Assembly: GCA_000622025.1 (NCBI GenBank)
Contig: JHWU01000007.1
Span: forward strand, 81,049 to 145,048
DNA length: 64,000 nt
From: Lachnospiraceae bacterium AD3010
GTDB taxonomy: Bacteria; Bacillota; Clostridia; Lachnospirales; Lachnospiraceae
Direction: 5' to 3'
A program made the position numbers and the translations under genes. How positions within the stretch are numbered: the first letter of the stretch is position 1; each line of letters opens with the position of its first letter. Of the stretch, positions 19,657-28,648 are shown piece after piece. The notes under the pieces are model-generated. The model was given only the letters and a program-made list of their open reading frames with translations. It did not search any database and had not been told where the DNA came from.

Positions 19657-20149
19657 TGTTATTCTCCTTTTTATACGTCACGAAATGGTACACCAGATCA
19701 AAATAAGTCTGCTCCTCGCTTTCCTCCGCAATGCTCCATTCACTTAAAGCGTCGAGATCAGGAAGAAATACGTCAGCCTCATATTCCTCATCTATCCTTG
19801 TGATAAGCGCCTTGTCGCAGTAAGGAAGAAGCTCCTTATATACTTTAGCACCGCCTATGCAGAAAACGGAGTCCCCGGGATACTTTTCGATCTCCTTAAG
19901 CAATTCCTCAATGCTGTGGACAACCGTTACTCCCTCCTTCTTAAAGGCCGGATTTCCGGTAAGAACGATATTTATCCTGTTTTTAAGGGGTTCTCCCTTG
20001 GGAAGGCTCTCCAGTGTCCTCCTTCCCATAACCACAACATTCCCCGTGGTGGTCTCCCTGAAAAACTTCTGATCTGCGGGAATATGGGTAAGAAGCTCGT
20101 TATTCAGCCCTATTCCCCAATTTCTATCTGCTGCCGCGATAAGGATCAT
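19637..20149 (-). CDS. folA: Dihydrofolate reductase
   Basis: 170 aa. MILIAAADRNWGIGLNNELLTHIPADQKFFRETTTGNVVVMGRRTLESLP...NIVLT is the canonical DHFR N-terminal pattern. Confidence 0.9.
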   Translation of the reverse strand: MILIAAADRNWGIGLNNELLTHIPADQKFFRETTTGNVVVMGRRTLESLPKGEPLKNRINIVLTGNPAFKKEGVTVVHSIEELLKEIEKYPGDSVFCIGGAKVYKELLPYCDKALITRIDEEYEADVFLPDLDALSEWSIAEESEEQTYFDLVYHFVTYKKENNNGDLTT

Positions 20150-20152
20150 ACC

Positions 20153-21766
20153 TTATTTCTCCCATTTGTCCGAAAGAGCATTTATCTGATCTGCAAATCG
20201 GGCAATATCCTTATTTGCACCATGCTCATATTTCTTTGCAACACCGAGAAGACGCTCTGCTGCAGACAAAAGCCTCTCAAATACCGTACTGATACGTGTG
20301 TGGATAATGGTCTTCTTCTGAACGGGAACTCCCTTTGTCTCAGCGATGAATTCCGCGTTTATCAGGTCGTATTTCGTCCCGCTGAAGGGTGCATAGGCGT
20401 CGTAGCCGTATTCCTTATGAAGAAGCTCTGCAAAGCTCTCCGTCACCCTGTCGTCGCCATGTACCACGAAAACCTTCTTTGTCTTTTCGGGATCGAAGCT
20501 TTTTCTTATCCAGTTTGTGAGACCGTTCCTGTCCGCATGCCCGCTCATCCCGGAAAGCATCTCTATATTGGCGTTCACGGAGATCTCTTCTCCAAAAAGC
20601 TTCACTGTCTTTGCCCCCTCTATTAGGGCACGCCCCAGAGTCCCAACTGACTGGTAACCTACGAAAAGTATCGTCGATTCCGCCCGCCAGAGATTATGCT
20701 TCAGGTGATGCCTTATCCGTCCGGCATCGCACATTCCTGAGGCAGAGATGATAACCTTCGGTTCGTCATCAAAATTGATGTTTTTTGAATCATCCGGTGT
20801 GATGGAAAGATTCAGATTCGTAAATGACAGGGGATTGATCCCCTTTTTTACAAGTGCGGTCGCTTCCTCGTCAAAGCACTCCATGGAGCTCTTTCCGAAG
20901 ATACTGGTTGCATCCACTGCAAGAGGGGAGTCAACATACACCGGAAAATCCTCAAATCCCCTTATAAGGCCTCTTTCCTTGATCTCCCTGATGAAATACA
21001 GAAGCTCCTGTGTCCTGCCTACCGCAAATGAGGGAATGACCACATTTCCTCCACGGTCAAAGGTAAACTGCAATATATCCACAAGCTCTTTGATGTAGTC
21101 GGGTTTTTCCTCCGAATGAAGCCTGTCACCGTAGGTGGATTCGGTAAGTACATAGTCCGCACCATCCACTGCCTCCGGATCCTTTATGATCGGCTGATCT
21201 ATGTTTCCCACGTCTCCCGAGAAAACTATCTTTTTTGATACCCCTTCCTCCGTTAGGAAGAGCTCGATAGCCGCAGATCCGAGGAGATGCCCCACATCCG
21301 TGAATCTTGCCTCTATCCCCTCATCTATATGTATCACTTCATTATAGCTTACGGGATTTAATAGCCTTATGGCACCGTCAGCATCCTCCATGGTATAGAG
21401 AGGCACAAAGGTCTCTATATTGGCGTTTCGTCTCGCTTTCCTGTTCCTCCACTCCGCTTCAAAGGTCTGTATATGCGCGCTGTCACGGAGCATGATATTA
21501 CATAGCTTCGCCGTGGCAGAGGTTGCGTATATCTTTCCGCGGAATCCCTTTTTATAGGCAAGAGGAAGAAGACCCGTATGGTCTATATGGGCATGGGTTA
21601 ATAGAATATAGTCGATATCAGAGGCCGGCACAGGAAGAGGCGCATTCTCGTACAGCTTCCTCCCCTGCTCCATACCGTAATCAACAAGGATGTGCTTCCC
21701 GTTCACATTGAGATAGTGGCAGCTTCCCGTAACCTCGTGGTCAGCTCCGATAAATTCAAGTATCAT
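20153..21766 (-). CDS. Metallo-beta-lactamase-fold beta-CASP ribonuclease (RNA-metabolising MBL, RNase J / CPSF-like family)
   Basis: HAHIDHTGLLP carries the HxHxDH motif, within ILEFIGADHEVTGSCHYL...HAHIDHTGLLPLAYKKGFRGKIYATSATAKL. Length is ~537 aa. The ORF track starts at GTG 21802, but ATG 21766 (MILEFIGA) is the more likely start. An A10 homopolymer lies between the two candidate starts. Confidence 0.7.
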   Translation of the reverse strand: MILEFIGADHEVTGSCHYLNVNGKHILVDYGMEQGRKLYENAPLPVPASDIDYILLTHAHIDHTGLLPLAYKKGFRGKIYATSATAKLCNIMLRDSAHIQTFEAEWRNRKARRNANIETFVPLYTMEDADGAIRLLNPVSYNEVIHIDEGIEARFTDVGHLLGSAAIELFLTEEGVSKKIVFSGDVGNIDQPIIKDPEAVDGADYVLTESTYGDRLHSEEKPDYIKELVDILQFTFDRGGNVVIPSFAVGRTQELLYFIREIKERGLIRGFEDFPVYVDSPLAVDATSIFGKSSMECFDEEATALVKKGINPLSFTNLNLSITPDDSKNINFDDEPKVIISASGMCDAGRIRHHLKHNLWRAESTILFVGYQSVGTLGRALIEGAKTVKLFGEEISVNANIEMLSGMSGHADRNGLTNWIRKSFDPEKTKKVFVVHGDDRVTESFAELLHKEYGYDAYAPFSGTKYDLINAEFIAETKGVPVQKKTIIHTRISTVFERLLSAAERLLGVAKKYEHGANKDIARFADQINALSDKWEK

Positions 21767-21899
21767 AGAAGCTATTATACTATCAGAAAAAAAAAATGTC
21801 ACCTATGAGCACCAATGCGGTATCATTATAACAATTGGCTTACAATATATGATCTTCAGTCATCATATGCGGGCAGAAGATCATTGTTGCCAATGGATA

Positions 21900-23909
21900 C
21901 TACTCCTCACGCTCTTTAATGAAATCCATATTATCTCTTTCAATATCGCTGAGCATTGTCTGTATATTAAAATCATCCGGATCAATTGTTCCGCTATACC
22001 AAGGCTTTGAATCAAAGTAAGCCTGTAACTCAGCATCCTGGAAACGACGTCCATGGCGGGCTACAATTTCATTTCTAGCTTTTCTTAGTTCATCATTTGA
22101 TAATCCTTCCAAGTCAGACTCGGTAAGATTCCTGCTTGAACTATATGGAAGAATATAATCATCATTATCATTAGTTATCGAAATTTCGTTCCCCTCATAT
22201 CCACTATATATTCCCCAATCCTCCAATTTCTGCTTAAACTCATTGTTGCCGACAGAAGTTCTAGAACACATGCTAACAGGTGTATCCTCTTTTATTTCTT
22301 CTCTTTCATCAAGCGATTTTCCAGTATACATGAAGTCTACTATAAAACCTGAGCTCCAAATTTCACAGTTTGGACAATATATTAAATTGTCATTTATTAT
22401 CGGGATATCAGTTTCGCCTATTTTGTCAGGAATTATTATACTCGCAGGCCCTTGGATAGCCACAACAATGTAATCCTTTTCATCAGAGAAATCTGGTTCC
22501 TCATGTTCTGGAGGTATCACTATTCCATATGCATAATCATATAATTTATCCTGTTCAAATCCAGATACTGCCACTAAAATTTCTGTATTATCAATTTTAT
22601 ACAATTGTTGATAACCATTATTATCTAAAGTAGTCTCATATGAAAGATCATATCCTAGTCGATTCAGATCTCCTATAGTTGTTCTATTAATTAAAATATC
22701 TCTATAAAAATCGGACGATACATCCTCGGAAATTGGCTGATCCGCTTTTTCTTTCAGTGAAAAACTAATCGTAATATCCGGCAAATATACTTCACTTTTT
22801 ACATCGCTTGTTTTCACTGACACATCTACGCCGGTATTATTCAAAACTATTTTACCTGATCCATGGTTATTCTCACTGTCATTAAAAGTAAAATCACTTC
22901 TACATCCATCAAATTTAATTGTTTCGCTGATGGTGCATTTTTTCCCTTCTTCATTCATAGCATATATTTCAATACTGCCATTGTCCTCATAGTGTTGTAG
23001 TTGAAAATATACACCATTTTCCTCATCATAATAATATCCTGAGTATTTTGCATAACATGTCTTAAGCAAAGCGGAACTATCTTTATAATCCCCCAATTCA
23101 GATAATTTTATAATTGCATCTGCATATTCACTGTTATCAATGTGTTTCAATGATTCAGAATAAAGCGCTTCTTTATCTTTCTGATCTGTCTCAGCTGCAT
23201 CCTCTTCACTTTTGTTAGTGGCTGCTATACCATCAGATAATTCATCTGTACTATTCCTCGGTTTTGCAACAAGATTCCATACTACAAGAGTTCCAACAAC
23301 AAGAATAATCAGCATAATGATCGAAATGACAATCACCAACACTCTCGTTTTGTTCTGCTGTTTATTCGATAGGATTTTGTAGTTCTGCTCTGTCTCTATT
23401 TTTCTTCCCAAAAATCTGGAAACAACTGAGATGAGATCCGATGAAGCACCTACCTGATCATATTTCAACGCTTGTATTGAATTAATTGCGGTCGGAATAT
23501 ATTTGGCATCCATTCCCAGATAAACAGGAATTATTTTTTTTGAACTTATATTTTTTTCATATCTTTCCCAAAGCTTTTCAAATGAATCTTTTGAGGTTCC
23601 AATAACCAATACAATTTTAGACACATTTAAGGCAGCCTCTTCAGTTACCTCTGCATCTCTTCCAGTAACATTTTCCAAAGATACTCTTTTATAAAACGCT
23701 TTGATTTTGTACTGCTCCAAAAGATTATATATTTCCTGGGCAATAACAGAATCCTTTGTTCTCCGTCCATTTTCATCACTTTCAGAATAGCAAATAAAAA
23801 CATCTACTTCTCCACAGAATTCCATCATGGAAAACTGACTTCCGCAGCTAGTACACGTCCATATTGAATTTTCAAATATTAGATCACCGCCACAGTTTTT
23901 ACACTTCAT
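21900..23909 (-). CDS. TIR-domain membrane protein: N-terminal zinc ribbon, TIR domain, single TM helix, extracellular region ending in a YARHG domain (paralog 3)
   Basis: Zinc ribbon CKNCGG...CTSCGS. TIR_2-like block VDVFICYSESDENGRRTKDSVIAQEIYNLLEQYKIKAFY...KIVLVIG. TM helix VLVIVISIIMLIILVVGTLVVW. Ectodomain carries a GDYKDS-type repeat and a C-terminal LSNDELRKARNEIVARHGRRFQDAELQAYFDSKPWY (YARHG motif). ATG at 23909 has GGAGG 7 nt upstream; the ORF-track start at 23927 lacks an RBS. Confidence 0.7.
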   Translation of the reverse strand: MKCKNCGGDLIFENSIWTCTSCGSQFSMMEFCGEVDVFICYSESDENGRRTKDSVIAQEIYNLLEQYKIKAFYKRVSLENVTGRDAEVTEEAALNVSKIVLVIGTSKDSFEKLWERYEKNISSKKIIPVYLGMDAKYIPTAINSIQALKYDQVGASSDLISVVSRFLGRKIETEQNYKILSNKQQNKTRVLVIVISIIMLIILVVGTLVVWNLVAKPRNSTDELSDGIAATNKSEEDAAETDQKDKEALYSESLKHIDNSEYADAIIKLSELGDYKDSSALLKTCYAKYSGYYYDEENGVYFQLQHYEDNGSIEIYAMNEEGKKCTISETIKFDGCRSDFTFNDSENNHGSGKIVLNNTGVDVSVKTSDVKSEVYLPDITISFSLKEKADQPISEDVSSDFYRDILINRTTIGDLNRLGYDLSYETTLDNNGYQQLYKIDNTEILVAVSGFEQDKLYDYAYGIVIPPEHEEPDFSDEKDYIVVAIQGPASIIIPDKIGETDIPIINDNLIYCPNCEIWSSGFIVDFMYTGKSLDEREEIKEDTPVSMCSRTSVGNNEFKQKLEDWGIYSGYEGNEISITNDNDDYILPYSSSRNLTESDLEGLSNDELRKARNEIVARHGRRFQDAELQAYFDSKPWYSGTIDPDDFNIQTMLSDIERDNMDFIKEREE

Positions 23910-23911
23910 GA

Positions 23912-26263
23912 TTAATCCTCCAGCCATACGTCTTTTACAGCTGTTTTCCCATCTGTTTCCGTGCCATCGCTTTTATAAATTGATCCGCTTTGTGAAATAC
24001 AGAATCCATCCTTTAGGTATATAGCACCTTCTAAGATCTTTATGTCACTTCCAAGTTTAGATAAGTTGTTTCTTGAATCTATGACATAAGCTGTATGATT
24101 CTCTGACCATAGGTCTTTAATGTTTTCCTTCTCAGAAATACTTCCATCATCAAAATTAAAAATATGCATTATGTCATTACTATCCAGTGCAGCAATATAA
24201 TATCTTGATATCTGAATATCTTTGATCTCAGATAATCCATCCAAAAAGGCTTCCATTTCTAAGCGATGATAGAATTCTTCTTCCGGATCTCCACTTGTAA
24301 AACCATTTATCTCATAATCAACATAATGAACTTTTCCAAAATTATCTAGACCTACTAAAACAGCTTTCGCAAGCGTCCCCGAACTATAAACACCTTTTTC
24401 ATCCCAGTCAATTTTTATTATGTTGCGCCAATTCTTGACAGGATTTAACCATTCATCGCTTGCAACGTTATCTTTTACTATTTCCCCAACAATAACTGAT
24501 CCATCATTTTTTAAGGCTACATTCGTAAAATTAAAACGGTCTGATATTTGGATTATATTCTCCCAGTCTTTATCTAATCCGTTAAGAACGGCCGAATTAC
24601 AAACAAATCCATCCTCATACAAAGCGTATAATCCAGGATAATTTGCTCCAATAGAAATAACCTTTCCATGACTATTAACATCAAGATCACCCTTTTTCGG
24701 ATATTCAACAAAGTCCCCGGAATCATCATAACCCAACTCAACATTGTTATTTCCTTTATCAAAGCCGAATGAATCGACTGAACCATTCCCATTTATATAA
24801 TATGACCCCGAAGGAGATCTTCCACCGTCAAAATCCGTAGTCAACGCAACTGTAGAAACACTTTCTCTCCACTTCTTTTCGCATTTTTCCAGCATTTCCT
24901 GAACTTCGGGATAGTCCCCGATCTTCTGTAATGCCCATGTCGCCTCTGCATATTTCCGATCATAATACAACTGCATGGCTGCATCATAATCAGCCTGATA
25001 GGTACATTTTACTGCCAGCTCCGCAGCGTCCTCATAACCCCCGATTCTGCCAAATATGGCCTTGGCCTCATCATATCGCCCGGAAGCAAACAGTTCCTGT
25101 GCCTCTTCATATCCTGCCTGATTGGATGTTTTTACAGACAACTCCGCCGCATCTTCATAATCTCCAAGTTCGTCATAAATAGCCTGTGCTTCTTCATATT
25201 TCCCGGCTGTATAAAGCTCCTGCGCCTTGGTATACTTCTTTTCATTTTCAGCCTGCTTCCGTGCCGGTATGGTTATCAGCAGAACAAGCGGAATTCCAAC
25301 CACTATCGCAACCAGCCCTGCGATCATAAGAGTCTTTCTGGTCTTTTTTCTCCGCTCTTTCAGGATTATCGGTGTGGGAATCAGTTTCTTTATGCCGCGG
25401 ATCAGCTCCTGTTCAAAATCCTCCGCCCCCATGTTCTGGGCAGAAAGAAGAGCGAACTCCTCCGGGAGCCCGCTTTCATCCATATCAAAATATACCGGGA
25501 TAAGTGTTTTTGACGTATCTTTCCTGCGGAGCGTCAGATATCTGCTCCATTCGTTCTTTACCCACGCAGATTGTATGTTCTCAGATGAAGAACATACTGT
25601 AATCATTACTTTGCTGGAAGAAAGAGCCGCATAGATATAAGGCTCGTACTCTTCGCCTATCTTGGACTCCAGAGTTATTCTGGAGAAGAATACCTTATAT
25701 CCAAGTTCTGTCAGTTTCTCGTATAATTTCTGGGCTTCTATACTATCCTTGGTACGGTTCCCGTTGGCATCAGTTTCCTTGTAAGATATGAAAACATCAA
25801 AGGGTTTCTCTCTCTTTGACACTTCAAGAATCCCTTTCTGAATATTTTCAATGATCCCGGCATCCCGCTTATATAATTCTGCCTTATCTCCCACAGATAG
25901 TTCCAGCGCCCGAAGATAATTCTCATCCTTCAGCACGGAATCCGTGTGTGTCCTGTTACAGGTCGGGATGTACCGACCAGTCTGGGGATCCTTTGCATAT
26001 GTCACGCCATACTTACAAAGCACAAGATCCCAGTATATCTCTGCATCATTAGGATTAACAGAAAGCAACTGGCTGAAAATACCTTCTGCCTTGTCATATT
26101 CATTATGAAGAAGATACTGATTTCCACGTTCATACAGCGCTTTTGAGCTATCATCCCCGAAGAGTGGAAGCGTCTGCTTTGTTCCGCAGTAGTCGCAGAC
26201 TGCGATGCGAGTCTTCTGATCAATAGTTAAACTACCGGCACAGATCTTGCATTTATACTCCAT
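23912..26263 (-). CDS. TIR-domain membrane protein: zinc ribbon, TPR-like region, TIR domain, TM helix, extracellular helical repeats plus beta-rich domain (paralog 2)
   Basis: 783 aa. Zinc ribbon CKICAGS...CDYCGT. TIR block PFDVFISYKETDANGNRTKDSIEAQKLYEKLTELGYKVFFSRITLES...VMITVCSSSENIQSAWVKNEWSRY. TM helix TLMIAGLVAIVVGIPLVLLITI. Three ~35-aa repeats (GKYEEAQAIYDELGDYEDAAEL). C-terminal beta-rich region. Confidence 0.7.
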   Translation of the reverse strand: MEYKCKICAGSLTIDQKTRIAVCDYCGTKQTLPLFGDDSSKALYERGNQYLLHNEYDKAEGIFSQLLSVNPNDAEIYWDLVLCKYGVTYAKDPQTGRYIPTCNRTHTDSVLKDENYLRALELSVGDKAELYKRDAGIIENIQKGILEVSKREKPFDVFISYKETDANGNRTKDSIEAQKLYEKLTELGYKVFFSRITLESKIGEEYEPYIYAALSSSKVMITVCSSSENIQSAWVKNEWSRYLTLRRKDTSKTLIPVYFDMDESGLPEEFALLSAQNMGAEDFEQELIRGIKKLIPTPIILKERRKKTRKTLMIAGLVAIVVGIPLVLLITIPARKQAENEKKYTKAQELYTAGKYEEAQAIYDELGDYEDAAELSVKTSNQAGYEEAQELFASGRYDEAKAIFGRIGGYEDAAELAVKCTYQADYDAAMQLYYDRKYAEATWALQKIGDYPEVQEMLEKCEKKWRESVSTVALTTDFDGGRSPSGSYYINGNGSVDSFGFDKGNNNVELGYDDSGDFVEYPKKGDLDVNSHGKVISIGANYPGLYALYEDGFVCNSAVLNGLDKDWENIIQISDRFNFTNVALKNDGSVIVGEIVKDNVASDEWLNPVKNWRNIIKIDWDEKGVYSSGTLAKAVLVGLDNFGKVHYVDYEINGFTSGDPEEEFYHRLEMEAFLDGLSEIKDIQISRYYIAALDSNDIMHIFNFDDGSISEKENIKDLWSENHTAYVIDSRNNLSKLGSDIKILEGAIYLKDGFCISQSGSIYKSDGTETDGKTAVKDVWLED

Positions 26264-26588
26264 AATTCCCCCATAAATTCAGTTTAATGATATTAATTAT
26301 TACTTCCAATCAAAGGTTTTTGTATCAACCAATTGTCCATCTGGATCATATAACCTAGCAGCGACTGTTAGACTTGGTGCTTTACTAGGCGTATCCCAAC
26401 TCCTGTTATACCACCAATAACTATAACCATCCGTTGACCTACTAACTACAACTTCCATTCTTTTGTTTGGTTCTCCTTTTCAAGTATAGCTTTCTCTCTA
26501 CTATTCCTCTCCAATATCCACCACAAAGGCTTATTGGCAAAATGACGCATTTTCTCAAACAAACAGTTTCAATTCAACAGATACCGCA

Positions 26589-28619
26589 TCAATGGAAGAA
26601 TTCACCTCCCCAATTTAGCATTCGTACATTATTCACCGTAACATAATACTCTTGCTTCGGTTCTTTTAAGCTGAGAATAGTCTTCGCTGCCTCATTATTT
26701 ACAGCATAATAAGAGTACTTATTATTTCCGCTAAATGCGTATCCATTTCGTGTATATATTATTTTATTATTATCTGAATAACTGATCCATTTCTCTCCCA
26801 GACTTTCTATCCTGTTTATTATTTTAAGGTATTGGTTGTTTGATAAATAGTAATCAATGTGATTAAAATCACCCATTTCCAATACTCTATCGTATAAATT
26901 GCTTAAATTATCACCTTCCTGAACATTCTCAAGTTGATACATAATATCGCAAAATTCCTGATATTTTTCATCTCCAGGTATTTCTTTGTAATAGGAATAT
27001 GCAACGTCATATTTTCGTGCATCCATAAGCTCTTTGGCATATGGCTCAATATATTGCGGATCCTTTTCCAGCAGTCCAATATCCTTAAATAAATCCAGTG
27101 CTTCAGTATATTCTTCTTTCTTAAACAGATTATCAGCTCGTTCGATACTATCCTCATTAATTTTTTCCTTACTGTTTTCAATAAGATCATTTATGTTTTT
27201 ATATCCTTCTATTTCTTCGGCAGCAGTCAAAAACGATTCATAATCACCTTTTTCATATAACTCTAGAGCACTTTTGTATTTTGAATTTAAAGATATTTCC
27301 TTTGCAACAAGAGAAGCTCCGTATCCCAGCATAATCAATACGAAAATTAGAATCACACAAACCAAAAAAAGCCTAGTCCTTTTTACTGCTATTTTCCTGC
27401 TTTCATCCTTTTTTTTTCGATAAATACTAACCTGTTTCTTGAGCAACTCTATATCTTCATTGCTGCCAAATCTGATAGCATTAATATACGAACTATTCTT
27501 ATCGAACGGTGTATTCTACTTTCCCAGTTCATCGATACTTTTCACATTAAGCTCGGCACATAGCTTCATAATGTATGTATTTGAATCTTCCGGAATTAAA
27601 TCTAATACTTTGTCACAATAAGATTTTGCATTTGCAAAATCACCATTATCTATAAAAACTTCAATTCTTTTCTTTAATGCTGCAACATCTATGTTACTCC
27701 GTAAATATTGGGAGGATTGTATTACCGGGTTAATAATCTTATATATTCCTCTAATCAAGTCCTGCATGCTCCCGAGTTTTCCCATATCTAAAGCCTGCAT
27801 ATATGAGAACTCATCCGGTAAATCATAAGGATCCATATCTTTGTATGCAGGAATAAGTGTTTTATTTTCACCGGAATTAATGAGTCCGATATATCTTGAC
27901 CATTCATTTTTTACCCAAGCGGCATTAAAATATTCTACCTTGGTCCCAACGACTATCATAATTTTTGCGGAATTAAGTGCAGCAAAGATATATGGCTCAT
28001 ATTCACTTCCCAGTTTGTCCTCCAATGATATTCGGGAAAAGAAAACTTTATATCCCTCACGTGTAAGCTCATTATAAATTTCCTGGGCTATTACACTGTC
28101 TACTGTTCTCTTTCCGTAATCATCTGTTTCCTTATAACAGATGAAGATGTCATAAGGCTCCTCTTTATTTGATATATCAAGTATATTTTTTTGGATATTA
28201 TCAATGATTCTTGCTTCTGACTCTATGACATCACATTGTTCAGGTGACGTGTATTTAATGGCTAATTTATAATTATGATCATCAAAAACAGATTGGAGTT
28301 GTGTCCTGTTTACTGTAGGAATTCTTTTTTTTGTTCTAGGATCTTCAACATACTCTATTCCATACCGGCATAACACCAGATCCCAATACACTTCTGCATC
28401 AGTATCATCTTCTAGCAACACCTGTTCATATAACGCGGCTGCCTTGTCGAAATCACTTATTCTACGGTAATGATCTGCCCTGTCATAGAGACTCGCTTTA
28501 CGCTCACTTGTCATTCTAGGAAGAATCTGCTTTGTACCGCAATATAAGCAGGTTGCAGTACCTTCACCATTAGGTTCCAAATCCCCACCACAGATTTTAC
28601 ATTTTAAAATTCCTTCCAT
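26589..28619 (-). pseudogene. Third ZnR-TPR-TIR-TM-ectodomain paralog interrupted by one in-frame amber codon (TAG at 27516-27518); possibly expressed as a soluble ZnR-TPR-TIR fragment of 367 aa
   Basis: ORFs 27516..28619 and 26589..27446 are in the same frame (72 nt apart). The 24 intervening codons read without another stop (NTPFDKNSSYINAIRFGSNEDIE). The upstream part contains zinc ribbon CKICGG...CLYCGT and TIR block PYDIFICYKETDDYGKRTVDSVIAQEIYNELTREGYKVFFSRISLED...AAWVKNEWSRY. The downstream part begins with TM helix LFLVCVILIFVLIMLGYGASLVA followed by ectodomain repeats. The fused architecture matches the two intact neighbours. Confidence 0.6.
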
Positions 28620-28648
28620 AGCAACCTCTAAAAGATGTCTTCCAGTGA

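Noticed and set aside
26300-26458. 52-aa Trp-rich micro-ORF (MEVVVSRSTDGYSYWWYNRSWDTPSK...) between TIR paralogs
   Set aside because: It has a plausible RBS (AAAAGGAGA) but no support beyond an open frame. It could equally be a remnant of degraded sequence between paralogs. It is not reported as a feature.
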